DNA of 64,000 nt from Saccostrea echinata (lineage: Eukaryota): contig NW_026889803.1 in the NCBI RefSeq assembly GCF_033153115.1, positions 42,966,001 through 43,030,000 of the forward strand, given 5' to 3'. The notes under the pieces are model-generated. The model worked only from the letters and a program-made list of their open reading frames with translations. It did no database searches and was not told the origin of the DNA. This document shows, piece after piece, positions 50,701-64,000 of the stretch. Position 1 is the stretch's first letter, and every line of letters starts with the position of its first letter. The position numbers and the translations under genes were made by a program.

Positions 50701-51501
50701 ATAAATAATAAAGAAAAACATTTTGAAGCTTATTTTCAGGAGTTATGTAGAAACTAAGTTTTCATTTTGTTTTAGTCCCATTTATCAGTCAGACACAAAG
50801 GTTGAAGTATTTCTTTGTATTAGGAAGGAGAAAATGTAAATTTGCCAGGTCTGTTATTTTTTTTTAACACAGTTGAAATCAGTCTGGGGTGTGTTTTTGC
50901 CCACTAATTTAGGGTGTCCAATTCTAGCATTTAGTACGAACAAAAAATTGTGATTGGGTTGCAGTTCACATTTAATTGATTATTGCCTATTACTTGTGTG
51001 AAGATTGGAAGGGGTCAAATTACATGCACATATCTCTGAAGAATTTCTGATATAACGCGTGTACAGCACGAAATTAAATTGGGGACAGTTAATAAGGAAT
51101 GGAATACCGTATTTAAAAGAAAATCAAGAAGAACTTTAAGCGATGAGTAGGTAACTTCTAAAGTTAGAAGGAACTAATTCAAGAATTAAACATCACAAAA
51201 GCTTATCTGGAATGTAAAGGGTTTCTAAATAAACGTTCCATTTCCCCACTGTCTTGCAAATATCATTGAAATATACTATTAATTATCTGTGAATGTAAGA
51301 TAATAGTGAAAATCTTTCCCCGAGATGGGTACTAAGATTAAAAAAAATAAGATGAATACTTACTTTTTTATAAGGTTTCTTCTATTGTGACGTCAAGGAC
51401 TATGATGTCATGACTATGCATTCATTGTGACGTCATTGCCCCACGACATTGTAACATTTACCGCAACATTTTCAAAATGGTCATTACCACGACAAAATGG
51501 T

Positions 51502-51797
51502 CATGTTCGCTAGCCAAGGGTTTTCGGTCAGCATTTGCAAGTACTTGACGTTTTAAATATTTCTCTTTATTTATAAAAACATTTTCCATACTAAAATAAT
51601 AACTTTATATCGCATGGTTTTTCTAATAAAAAAAAAAGAGAAATATTTAGAACTTCAGATACCTGTGCCCAATTATATGGTGAACAGAGCGGACCAGAAA
51701 CACCAGGCACTTTTTTCATGTATTGGGTGAAAAGAAGGGAGTGGCCCCATATACGAAACTAGTTCCTGTGCCAGAAACCTCTTGGCTAGCGGGGATG
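51502..51797. mobile_element. MITE related to 23018-23106
   Basis: catgttcgctagccaaggg ... cctcttggctagcggggatg. Confidence 0.65.
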
Positions 51798-52982
51798 GAA
51801 CTATTTATATACTAATGTGTATATAGTAATCGTCTTTAATATCACGATTTCCTATGTTTGTACATTTCACGATGGGTTTAATTTCGCAGCAACTGAATTT
51901 TCTTTAGTTTATATTTACAATTTAATAAATTATTCTTTAAAAACAAAGAAAGTTACGGCATATTATTTAAAATTAACAGATACAGAAACTAACTTTAAAT
52001 CAACATAGTTATAATACGCTCGGCTTTCCTGCTAATTTTTAATTATTTACCATTTTACTTACAGGAAATGGAAAAGCAATTTTTTTGGGGGGGGGGGGGT
52101 ATAAATACGTGTAAGTGAATGCTACATTTAAATAACAGCAATAGTCACGATGGTTTTAATGTCGTGGAAAATTCTTTGATCGCAAACATAGTTAAATTAA
52201 AAATACCGCAATGTATTTCACTTTTACAGTGTATATATAAATAAGACACAGTATCGTAGTCTAGTGAGCTTGTCATTCTCATTTTTTGTTTATTTAGTTC
52301 TTTTTAGTTAGTTTATTTAGTTTTTTTTTTCTTCGCCTTTCTTTTCTTCTTTTTTTTTTCATATAGCGGTTATCAATTGTTGCGGTGTTGAACATTTTAT
52401 TTGAAGAAGAAATGTCGCAGTAATGAGTCGTAAATTCCTGCAATGTCGGGGTGATATGTTCTTCCATGTATACAATAAAAAATATCCAGGAAAGCACAAA
52501 ACACATTTTAACCTTTTGAAATAACAGCTTTCTACAATGCAAAATAATCTATATTCGATTAAATCCCCATGATTTAATTGAGCTATGTGTGTAGATTCTA
52601 AAAATATACTTTGATAGCAGGATCCAACCTCCTTAAACTTTGTTTCTGTTTATGGTGATAATGCAGAATGACCGTATGTAATGTTTGGGGTCGTCAGAAA
52701 GTTATCAATGTCCTTGATACAAGTATCTCTTGGATGTTTTATGGTTTTCCTTTCGAAATTGAATAAAAATACGTAAAATATACAGATCAAGCATAAACAG
52801 AACATTACTAATGCCTTTTTTCTTTTCTTTATTTATATATTAATTTATTGGGAGGGGGGTATGAATAGAAGTAATTTTTAAAAACGATGTCCGGAAAAGA
52901 GTATTCTGTTACGATTAACCGGTTAATCGGTCGGAACGCCTTACGGTTAACCGATTGGCAATTCTGTATTCGATTGCCATCC

Positions 52983-52985
<3 letters not shown>

Positions 52986-53043
<58 letters not shown>
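52986..53043. repeat. (AT)n microsatellite next to a hAT-like terminus (...ccatcccta)
   Basis: About 29 uninterrupted AT units. Confidence 0.95.
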
Positions 53044-53047
<4 letters not shown>

Positions 53048-55235
53048 AACCATAATCCCGCTCCCTCCTCTTTTCCTATCATATGAAAACACAAAGATAT
53101 ATATCGTAAGACATTTTCCCAAAATATTCAATGTATAAAAAAGTTTAATTGTGTATCTTTAATATAAAGATTTAGAAATCGTATACAGCTATATTTGATG
53201 CTTTTTTTAATTTGTCTTGAATTTATGACAGTGTGTGAGATGTGATATGCATTATACTCAAATTATGCATCACATATACTTATCCACTGGCTGTGAGAAT
53301 AGCTTTCAACAAACCCGCGACAGAACTATTCCCTGAGGGCTTGGTGGATAGTAATTCACCTATTTACTGGGTATGAGGACAATAGCAAGTTAATAGTCCC
53401 CCGAGACAGCAACTATTTTCCGAGATGTCATATTTTATATACATGTAGAAAAAAATACACAGAGGTAATATAACAAGCTATATCCCGGGTATACATGGTA
53501 TAGCTTTGCTATATATCTGAAAAATTTTAACTATAAAAAAAATAGTTAATTTACGTTCTGCACTTTATATAGGAAATATTTTAGCAGGAGTATAAATTAT
53601 AATAATTCTAGTTACCATATCTATCAACAGGCATTAAATTTATCTTCATCGTAACCCCCTTTATCCGATGGACTCCTAGCAGGCCAAGGATGAGAATGGA
53701 GGGGGGGGGGGTTCAAAAGAATGGCTTACACTCCTAGAAGTGAGTTAATTTAAAATTAGGCATTTTACAATGTTATACGGAAGCTGGCGTAATATTATCT
53801 GAAGTATGTAAGACCGCAATTTTTTTTTAAATAATGTTTCATGATAGTGCTTTAAATATTGAATCCATATATATTAGAACGTTTTCTTATTTCTTACTTC
53901 TTTTTTTACAATGAACAACCAAATTCATTTACCTTATTAGTCTACATATAATTAAGTATAAAATTGATTTAGATCTGAATTTATCTCCAAAGACATGAGA
54001 AACTCAAATATGAAGTAATGTATGTCTTTGGGAACATTTCATCTCGGTTATTTTCATTGTAAGGGACATAATTTTGTTCTGACAATATAGAACGTCAACG
54101 TAAGTTTTAAAAATTCTTTTTTACTTATACATTGAAAACACGATTGAAATCTTTTCCAAAGTTTAAATGCTGATTAGAACTAAATTCTAATTGCAATGTA
54201 CAAGTTTAAATCATTCCAAATTATCTAAAAAAAAAAAACAAACAAACATACAAAAAACAAGAGCCCCCCCCCCCCCCGAAAAAAAAAACAAAAAAAAGTA
54301 TTTTCTTCCCATGTAATGTTCCACGGTCTTTGATCATAACCAGATAGCCAGCTGCAGACAGCTGATTTGGTAATATGGGATATAGCAAATGTTCCATTCA
54401 CAGTCACAAATGACTGCAGCGATGGAGGAGACAGTGACGAGTAGCTTCCTTAGACCACAACGTGACGTTTATGTTACATTTAGATCCCCCTTTTCTTGGA
54501 TGAAGACTTTGTCTAATTAGAATCTTCATAATGGCTATTATTTTTCCACATATTGAACTAGAAACCACAGATCAAATGAAAACCAACTTGCAAACAAGAT
54601 TTTTCCACAGGAAACACATCTTATTTAACATCTGAGCAACTGTCGAAATAAAAAAGCAAAAAAAAAAGAAAAAAAGAAAAAAAGATTTACAGGAAATTTT
54701 TCAAATTCATATTTTCAATGAAGTCTCAAATCCCAACGTAATATGAAATACAAGTATATTCCAGGAGGAATACCCCCGTTAGTTTTACAAATCTGTACAC
54801 CCCCTCCCCCCAAAAAACAAACAAACAAACTTTAAAAAAATCTGTTGATTGGAATGAAGCAAAAATGTGTTACCTGAGAAAAATTTAGCCTAAATCGGGA
54901 AAGTTGGCATGTATGATCATTTAAACTGGAGCCTAATTCTACAGAAATATCAAAGAGAAATTTTACATAATTAAAAGATAAAAAAAAATGTAGTGTTTAA
55001 AGTCTGTAGACATTTGAACCAATTAACTTAACAATATAAAACACATAATGATCGTCACTTAAAAGCCTTTGGTCTCATAATGATCAATCAATATTTGTAA
55101 AATCAAAGGGTTTATGAATATTGAGCACTAATGTTATCTTTTATGCATCCTTTTAATATAGATGAAATCAATTTTTTTCATACACATCTGATTATAATTT
55201 AATTAAACTGAGTATAAAATATCAACTTTCATCAA

Positions 55236-58200
55236 TTATTTTTTTTCTAAAATTTCTCTGATTTGGAATGGAGTTTTATCCATCAAGTCAATTAAATCAT
55301 TAGTCAAAGTCAGTCTCTTTTCCTTCCAGTTGAAATGAGTTGGTGGATGATTTTCGCCATTTTCAAATTCAAAATATTTACTGAGTTCTATGGCAAGGCT
55401 TGACTTAATCAGTCCAATCCCTCCCAATTTAGCCATGGCTGGGTGGTAAACTCGCCCAGTATTGGGCAACATGCATATCCGTGTGGGCAAGAATTCAGTA
55501 GTCATAGCATTGCCAGCACCTCCATAGGATAAAAGTGCTTCTCCTGAATCTGATTCTATGAGGTGAGTATACACAATTGCTTTATCATCACACCGAATGT
55601 AATTCCGTTCCCTTCCACAAGGTGATAAATATGGAAATTCATCTGTATATCTGTCAGTTTCATTTAATCTCAGCCTTTGAAAAAAGAACACCAAGAAATC
55701 CTTTTCTGAAAGTTAACAAAAACAAGAACAGTGAAACATACATGTATTTATTTGCATGTTGAAATACATCAGATAATCATCTAAACAGTACAATAGATGT
55801 AATATACATTTATTCAGGTAACTAAGCTATTACTATACTTGTATTTCAGGATTTTACATTGAGCAAAACAGATTATGGCAATACTTTAGCATCAATGTGC
55901 CTGTGACAATGAAAGCTAACTATTGGGGCTTCTCACATTTCAGCAAATTTTGTACAATTTTATTTTATGCTTCTGCAAAAAGTTCTATAACATATATATT
56001 CTGGTACAAAATTTATACCCCATAGTGGTTTTGATAATAACTTTCATACAAACATAATAAACATTTTATGTAGTGTTACTCAATTATTATCTGTCAAATA
56101 GTAAGACATTGAATTTTTTGAACTATCATATTCACACATCCATTTTTAAGCAGTGCTAAAGAGTGCTATTTTATGAGTTTACAATATTTTACAGGTGTCC
56201 AGGAAACATATTTGCAGACTTATCTTACAATATTTTTGTGGAATCATAATTATTTTTGGCAGAAACATAATACTGATTTGCAGAAATTTGGAGTCAAAAA
56301 TAGAAGCCACTAGTCCTTATGGACTGGTGCTTATATGGACTAGTGCTTAACCAAAGGATGATAATTCTTCAATACACTGAAAATATTGATGATAGTATGT
56401 TTCTTGAATTTTTTTTATTGGAAATTAGGGGTGTTATAATTTCTTACTCCTCTTACAAAAAAAAGGGTGGGGGGATTACAGAAAGCTTTGATGAAATAAA
56501 AAAAATTTAGAAAATAATAATGATATTGATGTGGAATTGTTAGAATAGAGGAAGTGAGCTCTTGAAAATATAAGAAAGGAAAAACTACATGGACATATTA
56601 TCCAGAGCAAGATGGGTGGAGGAAGAAGAAAAACTCACAAAAAACTTTAGAACAAATTTTTTCAAATAAAATTATAAAAAGGGTTGAACTGAATGAAAGT
56701 ACATGTAATAGCATATTTGATCAATCAGAGATTTTGAATCAAGTTAAAAAGTGTTATCAATGTCCATACTCTGATACAGACTCTGAATTGATTGATATTG
56801 ATTTAGAAAAGAATCTAGCAGAAAGTAAAATATTGCAAGTTTAAAAAAATATGAAGAATAACAAATCTCCTTGAAGTGATGGTCTCACAATAGAATTCTT
56901 CAATTTCTTTTGGAGTGATCTTTAAGTCTGTATTATGCGAGCAATAAATTGTGTATTATTAACAAAATGAGAACTTATTTCACAAAGATTAGGGATAATT
57001 TCTTGGATACTCATTTGTGACAAACCTATACAATTTTTTTTAAAAATTGGTGACCAATAACTCTACTAAATGTGTTTTATAAACTCATATCAGGATGTCT
57101 AAGTTACAGAATAAATTTAAGAGTGTTTTTCATGGAAAAATATATTTCAATCAGCTAAAAACTGTTACATTGCTTCTATCAAGTTTTGATTTGTTTTTTT
57201 TTTATAGTAAATATATATTTAGAGTAGAATATGTAAACATGGTAAAATTGTGATTACAGCTGTATATAGATATACTATAGATCCTTTTCCAACCAATTTG
57301 TTACGATTATCGTCTAAAGAATGAGTGTATGTAAGCTAGTAAGTGTCTGTTGATAAAAGTGATTATAATTTAAAAGAAAAACAGCTGTAAAGTTTGTAAA
57401 CGTGTTATAATACTGGGCAGTAAAAGAGAAAAAAAACCTGAATGTAGTCAAAGATATCTGTATGCCAGGCGTTTTTCACAATTTTAATATTTGACGTGCA
57501 AGGAAATTTCACTGCCTCCAACTGAGGCCATCCTTAAAAAATGCTTGTTTGGAACTGTTGCCTTGGGGTTTTCAAACCCAGGAGGGAAAGAGGGAACTTA
57601 TCTTTTTTTTCAAAATTAAAGATAAATTAAATACTGTTGATAAAAATCTCCATAAGAAGTGAACACACTATTTTCTGACTTTTTTGTAAAGGTATTTCCC
57701 ATCAACAAAGAACCCAGTTTTTGCTTAGATATGACGCTAATTTAAAGTTTTGGTGGTGCATGTAATAACAGCCAAGAATTGATTGAATATTAAAAAAAAT
57801 CTTACTTTTGGTTAATAAAATCTTTCCAAGAGGGGTCATTTCAATGAGACTGGAGGCAATTCCAAACAATAATTTTATTTTTCCCTAAACTTGATTTTCG
57901 ATACATGCAAATCCAATTGAATGTCAAACTCAAAACTTATGCACAATGCTTCTAGTTCTCACCAATCTTACTTATTAAAAGAAAATATCACTCCACATTT
58001 CGATACAGGTCTCACAAGATTTCAAAATGCACAAACAAACCTCGACAGTTTTATAAAATGTTTTCACCAGACATTTTATATCACAAAGGAACAATAAAAG
58101 CGATATTAATAATTAAGTACTAGAAGCATTGTACTGTTGATAAGATGTCATGTGAGTTAGACAGTTAATTCGGTTCGCATATATGGAAAATCAACACAAG

Positions 58201-60840
58201 AATGACACCTCCAATTGGAGGCAGCAAATTTCCGCTTTTCATAATGGCGCCGGTTTTGACATTTTCCTGGCACATCAAATATAAAAATCATGAAAAACGC
58301 CTGGAAAACGTTAGATAATTCGAACTACCTGATCTGAACAGGTTGGGACCACTCGCCCAAATGGGATATAATAGCCCATTTGGGATATAATTTCCCAAAT
58401 GGGATATAAATTTACAGTGCAAAAAATGAAAAAAATTATTTTGGCTATAAATATCATAAATCCGCATCAAAACACTTTAAAAGGAATAACTTTTGGCAAG
58501 CAAGTTTTTCTGCAACCCTACAGTTTGTTAGATTGATCCCCAAGAAGTTTAGGAACTTCTGAGGGATCAATCTCCTAAACAGTGCATACACAGAAAAACT
58601 TGTTAAACTTGTTGTGGTCCCAACTAGTCCGAAATATCTGATGTTTTCCAGGCTTTTTTCACGATTTGATATTTTACGTGCCAGGAAAATGTCAGAACTG
58701 GCGCCATTACAAAAACTGGAAATTTCACCGTCTCCCACCAGAGCTGATTTTTGATACTTGCGAACTGAATTAAATGCCGAACTTAGAATTTATCAATAGC
58801 ACAATACTTTTTGTACTCACTAATATTAATGAAAAGAAAACATCACTCCACATTTCGATACAGGACTTGCAAGATTTTAAAATGCACGAAATGAAAAGAA
58901 AACCCGACGGTCTGATAAAATGTTTTCACCAGACTGTATTTTTCATAAACAAACCATAAAATCGATGTTGGTGAGTACTTTTTTTTTTTTTTTTGGTTGT
59001 ATAAATAGATTCTTTATTTCCAAATCAGGGCCCTTTCAGGCATCACAAACAACAACTATGATTTCTACAATTACAAACAGTACAGACAATTTATGTGTAT
59101 ACTAAATAATAATCTACAGTACATGTATTTGTATATTGTACAATTTGACACTGTATATGTAAGTAATGTTGATAAATGATATAGTACTACCGCGTACCCT
59201 AATGCAAAGTGGGGAGATTTTACAGTCCTCGCATTGCAAAAGATTCCATGTGGCAATGCAAAAGTACTAACTATTACAATACATGAAGTGTCAATTTTTG
59301 TATGTATTATTATTACATATATTTACATGTACTATATATTTAAAGAAAATGTTGCAATGTGACTTTATATGCATAATATTTTAAATGGTTTGTCTAGCTA
59401 GTTCACATACAGCAAAAAGCACAATATTTTCACAGTTTAGAACCCACAACAACTTATTTTGGGTAGACTTTACTTTACCGGTCCCCAGATCCGCAAGATC
59501 CGCGCGCTCATTGCACTATGACGTAAGATTTACGTCACTCAACTGATTAGGGTTAGTTTTACACATTTTTCGACTGGTTAGGATTAGTTTTGCACCCACC
59601 TGAAAGATTAGGGTTAGTCCTTGCACAAGTTTTCGACTGATTAGGGTTAGTCTCGCATCCATCCGAGAGATTAGGGTTAGTCCTCGCACATGGGTTAGTC
59701 TAGCATCCGCCTGGGAGATTTGGGTAAGTCCTCGCATGCCATCCGAGAGATAAGGGTTAGTGTCTTGTTTTTTTTAGATTAATTAGGAAATTCAGATGCA
59801 TCTGTGTTTTTGTAAGATCTTAATTCAGCTTCAACGACATCTCGTTGGTTTGTTTACATGAAAAAAATGGCTAAGTACGAAAGAAACGACATTAAGCATG
59901 CGCCGAACGCGCTTCGTTGACAATTATTTTTTTTCTCCTTTTCAATGAATAAAGTAAACAATATTTATTACTTTCTTCAGAGAATGAGGTTAAAAACTTC
60001 GTTTAAAAACAAAGTTTTAAACTAAACTTTTACCTGTAGAATTCGATTTTGGGATCAAAAAGGCTTAAAACCTCATACTTTTAATTTTTTTTTCGATCGC
60101 TCATGCGATCTCATATATATTGAAGTCGCCTACGGCAACACTATATTTTAGCGTGTTTTTCTGGGGACCGGTAAAGTAAAGTCGTTCCCTTATTTTCATT
60201 ATTTAAATGAGCAAAATTGATACAGTGTGTTTGTATAATATTCATCATATTTACTAAAGTACTAAAGGCATTGCACTATTAATGGTGAACCCTATTAATA
60301 AATTGTGGATTCAGCTTTTAATTCGGTTTGCAAGTATCGGAAATCAACCCGAAAATGCCGCTTCCAGTTGGAGGCGGCGAATTTCCAGTTTTCGTAATGG
60401 CGCCGGTTCTGACGTTTTCCTGGCACGTAAAATATCAAAATCGTTAAAAAAGCCAGGAAAACGTCAGATATTTCGGACTAGGTCCCAACCTGCTATATGC
60501 TGAATGAATGTAATGGTATGCATATCCCTTTAGAATTTATATCCTTTAGCTTACCTTTAAAGCAAGAGGTGAAATTCTTTATCCTGGCATCATCAAGAAA
60601 TAACTAAAAAAGAATTTACTGAAATATGTGATTTTCAAGAAAGTTTGTATATTCAAGTAATTTTGAGGAAATTCGAGCTACAATACTAACCTGGCCCTGA
60701 TGATCGATAAAATAAAAATATTCCCTTATTCTGGGTCCTAAATTCTGACCTTGTATATAGTGAACACATCGATTCGTATATTGTTTTGTTTGGACATGCA
60801 GAGCTCCTCGAAAAACTAAGGTGCTTGCAGTACGAAACAT
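55236..60840 (-). CDS. C8orf82: UPF0598 protein (C8orf82 homolog, DUF4505), 222 aa, 3 coding exons
   Basis: Exons 60840-60691, 60603-60555, 55705-55236; 669 nt in frame. YIQGQ..PRIREYFYFIDHQGQLFLDDARIKNFTSCFK, FPYLSPCGRERNYIRCDD, GRVYHPA, GGIGLIKSSLAIELS, PPTHFNW. Basic, acid-free N-terminus resembles a mitochondrial presequence. Confidence 0.93.
56380..57120 (+). mobile_element. Decayed L1/Tx1-type LINE ORF2 fragment in C8orf82 intron 2
   Basis: Remnant motifs RARWVEEEEK, NKSP*SDGLTIEFFNFFW and NW*PITLLNVFYKLI, with stops and frameshifts. Confidence 0.75.
57445..58330. mobile_element. Older, diverged copy of the long-TIR family at 58605-60480
   Basis: Inverted gccaggcgtttttcac...gacgtgcaaggaaa (57465-57505) versus ttttcctggcac...aaaacgcctggaaaacgttagata (58262-58318); internal block 57890-58075 matches 58745-58935. 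Confidence 0.65.
58605..60480. mobile_element. Non-autonomous DNA transposon with long TIRs, TAG..CTA ends and 9-bp TSD (AcademH- or MULE-like)
   Basis: ggtcccaac|tagtccgaaatatctga ... tcagatatttcggacta|ggtcccaac; TIR similarity over >130 bp; a TIR fragment also occurs at 14634-14695. Confidence 0.85.
59461..60188. mobile_element. Nested MITE with GG termini and 8-bp TSD (Merlin-like), carrying a TTAGGG-containing minisatellite
   Basis: TIR core gactttactttaccggtccccaga / tctggggaccggtaaagtaaagtc; cttatttt at 59453-59460 and 60189-60196; 8 units with gattagggttag-like cores at 59544-59760. Confidence 0.85.
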
Positions 60841-61154
60841 TTTACTTTCGCAAATTTCATAAGTTTGTTTACATCGGAAGACATAGTGTTGTCAAGCATG
60901 CGCAGAAAATAGGACAGTTGTTTGTTACGACAAATGTCATTGGAGATTGAAGCACTACCGGTTACGATAATAGCTAATCGTAAAAGGTTTTACAGGGAAG
61001 CACATTGTTCAGCCATATTTCATAGCAGTTTGGATGGTTGAGAGGATGACAAAATTGACGAATGTTGAATTGATTTCCTAATCACCATGAAGACTAATGA
61101 GCTGAATTCATAGAATCGAAAGAGGATATTTAATATCAGTAGACTTTAACCAAA
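60841..61154. promoter_or_regulatory. Candidate bidirectional promoter between the C8orf82 homolog and KATNB1
   Basis: 314 bp between divergent ATGs; NRF1-like gcatgcgca at 60896-60904 and ETS-like cggaag at 60875-60880. Confidence 0.7.
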
Positions 61155-61990
61155 ATGAGCCAAACAAAACGATCATGGAAACTTCGTACGTGTTTTACTT
61201 GCAAAAATAGCAATTTTGTCTTCTGTGTTTCATCTTTTTCTCCGCAGAGAAAACTTAATATATTTTGTAATCTAGTTAAATACTCTTGTTTAACATAAAT
61301 ATACAAAAAGTGTATAATTACATTTAATTATACTGCATGTATACGGAAGAAACAGAACAAAGTTTGTTCATAGCATTAAGAAAGTGAGAAAGGTGAATTT
61401 TATACGAATATTGTATGGAAAAGATGACGATGTAATATAATTGAAGAAATTGTTTACATTCTGCTGAAAATGAATGCATCTCCATTCTCTTTAACATGCA
61501 AGAAAATTTTTTTCCTCTTAGTATGTATGACTGTACAATTGTTGGGATGAGCACAGTTGTGTATTTATTACCGGACACTTAGCATACACTTTACTATAAC
61601 TTAGATCTGTCTCTTCAGTAAACTGCACAAGAGTCATTCTTGACTTTGATATCACATGATATGGTATGTTAGTTGCTTTTCCCATGGGCAAGAATCTTGT
61701 TGGATTCTGCTTAGGGGCACTTATTGACTAGTAACAAGAATTTCTCTCCAAGAGACATCAGAAGTTTTCATTTATTGAAACAAAATAAATTCAGGTTGAA
61801 TCTTGCAGAATGTCCATAGCAATCTTGCATTTTCTAACATTTCTCAGAAAAATCAGGTCTTGACTGGAACTAAAAGGTTAATGGGGGTATAGGCAATTCA
61901 ATCCTTGTTTACCTTCAAAGCCAAAGAACAGCTCTTCATAGAAAATTTTTATTGAAATAATAATATTACATGTATCTGAAATTTTTTTGA

Positions 61991-62041
<51 letters not shown>

Positions 62042-63895
62042 TATAAGGTGGAGAGGGCATTGGCATTTTCTCTTTACCAAGTTGTAAAAATGCAAATTTT
62101 AACAGCTTTCAATCCACTATCTGCAATTTGATTAGATTAAATTAAGTCTGTTAATTTTTCATTCGTTCTAGCAAGAGTGTAGCTTGGTAGTGAGATACAA
62201 TTTGCAAAGGATTGTGAGTTGGGAGATAACTGCTGAAAAAAAATTTAATGCCCAGACATTGCTTTAAGAGCTTGCTGTGCTCACTATAAAGGTGAATAAA
62301 ATGTAACATAATGCAGCAATTTTTGTTGTCGTGTGAACAAAATTTGAAACAAAATCAGTGCTGAGTAAACTTGTAACAAACATATCCAGCTTTAACCACA
62401 ACAATTTGAATCCCAAATGTCAAGTTAAGTGGTAATCATCACACAGAAGTCCAAACCTCTGATTACAAGTTACTTTTGTAAATTACAATTAACATGATTT
62501 ATATACTGATTTTATTGTTCATCATGGTAAAATATATCTGCTGTTCTGTTATGAACATTATGACTGAAATTTTGCCTTATTTGGGTATCCTTGACTTTTT
62601 CTCTTTAAAATAGGGTGAGCTTGCAACCAGACTCCAGGTTATGATTAGACTTGTTGACAGCAATTTGATGTTCTGTTTACAAGTTGACATGGATAAGATT
62701 GTCCTTAATATGTAAAAATAATCACAAGTCTGTGTCAATACTATTCAACATTAACAGATATGCAAAATAAAAGGTTTTTTTTTTAAATTTTATTTTCAAA
62801 ATAATTTTTTTTAAATTTTATTTTCAGAGGAATATGTTGCACATGGCAACAATGTAAACTGTGTTGCTTTAAGCAGGAAGTCGGGCAGAGTAATTGTTAC
62901 AGGAGGAGAGGACAGAAAGGTCAATTTATGGATTGTTGGCAAACCAAACTGTTTAATGGTAAGGAAATAAGATAATTAAGTAAAACCCTAATCATTGTTA
63001 CAGTTGTCAGGTTTCTACAACAATTGATCAGGATATATGTAAGAAATTTACAGTATTTATCATAAATGTACTTTTTTCCAATTCACAGGATGAAAATTTA
63101 TAGTGCATGTATTTTTCAATCGAGCACAGAAGTTCAATTTTTAGTTGGTGCATGCAAGAATTATATTGCTTTGATTGATATTGATAGACTGTACAAGTTT
63201 ACAGTGAAAAATGTAAAGGCAACCACTAATATTACACTTTTGAGTTTTGAAGTCAGATGCCTGAAGTATAATAGATTTTGACATAATTTTTTTTTTACAG
63301 TACATGACTACATGTATTATAACTTACAATATTTTACCATATTTCACAGACCTTTACTTATGCAAATCCTTTTAATTAATCTTGATTTATTTATGATTTT
63401 TTTAAAAGAGTCTATGTGGACACACTACTCCAGTGGAATCGGTCAGATTTGGACATGAGGAAGAAATGGTAGTAGCAGGGTCAATGTCTGGGGCCCTGAA
63501 GGTTTGGGACCTGGAACAAGCCAAAAGTAAGGGGGTTTACATATACAAGACAAAAGTAATTGTTAATTTATATTTGTAAAGGATCTTTGTTATTGAAGAG
63601 ATCAATATATCTGCTTAACTATTCTTAAATTGTATGACATTTTAGTTTTACCTTGTTGATTCAGAAAGACATATTACTAAATACAGAAACAGTGTACCAT
63701 AGAAAGAGTGGACTACAGTTGAAAGATTGTGCTTTATTTCTTTGTATTAAATGAAGTGATTAGTAATTGTTTATTTTCCTTGCTAACATTTTAGTAATGA
63801 GAACCCTAACAGGACACACCTCCAGTATTAAGAGCCTTGACTTCCATCCTTACGGTGATTACTGCACTTCTGGTTCCCTGGACTGCAATGTTAAG
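61155..63895 (+). CDS. KATNB1: Katanin p80 WD40 subunit B1, first four coding exons (gene continues beyond the window)
   Basis: Exons 61155-61185, 62828-62958, 63409-63526, 63795-63895 in frame: [103 protein letters not shown]. Confidence 0.95.
61995..62035. repeat. Poly(T) tract of about 41 nt
   Basis: Direct observation in KATNB1 intron 1. Confidence 0.9.
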
Positions 63896-64000
63896 GTAAA
63901 CTTCAACCACCTTATCACATCCATGTTGAAATACCAGACTGTAATGTTGAAAAACATGGTTACATCTACAGTAGAATTGCTTATTTTAGACAGATTTTTG

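Noticed and set aside
59544-59760. True telomere or chromosome-fusion scar
   Set aside because: TTAGGG occurs only as ~1.7-unit cores within a longer minisatellite bounded by TIRs and a TSD, not as a pure array.

Overview
AT-rich, intron-rich animal genomic DNA. The repeat content (tRNA-derived SINE, Helitron-associated ~166-bp satellite, TTAA/TA/8-bp/9-bp-TSD MITEs) suggests a bivalve mollusc, most likely an oyster (inference). Six spliced protein-coding genes were reconstructed by hand with phase-consistent GT-AG junctions: UNC93A-like (-), RPRD1B-like (-) head-to-head with POLR2C/RPB3 (+), a C8orf82/UPF0598 homolog (-) head-to-head with KATNB1 (+, runs off the window end), and an unrecognised 302-aa gene whose coding exons lie antisense inside POLR2C intron 4. 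That protein has an N-terminal SOCS box (BC box plus LPLP Cul5 box) fused to a NEK-like kinase fold lacking the catalytic motifs. It is a candidate Elongin BC-CUL5 substrate receptor with a pseudokinase domain, embedded in an RNA polymerase II locus, and is the most interesting feature. Introns and intergenic DNA are packed with nested non-autonomous transposons, including one carrying telomere-like TTAGGG repeats and one built from GGCGGCCGCC palindromes. All calls are from manual reading; no searches were run.
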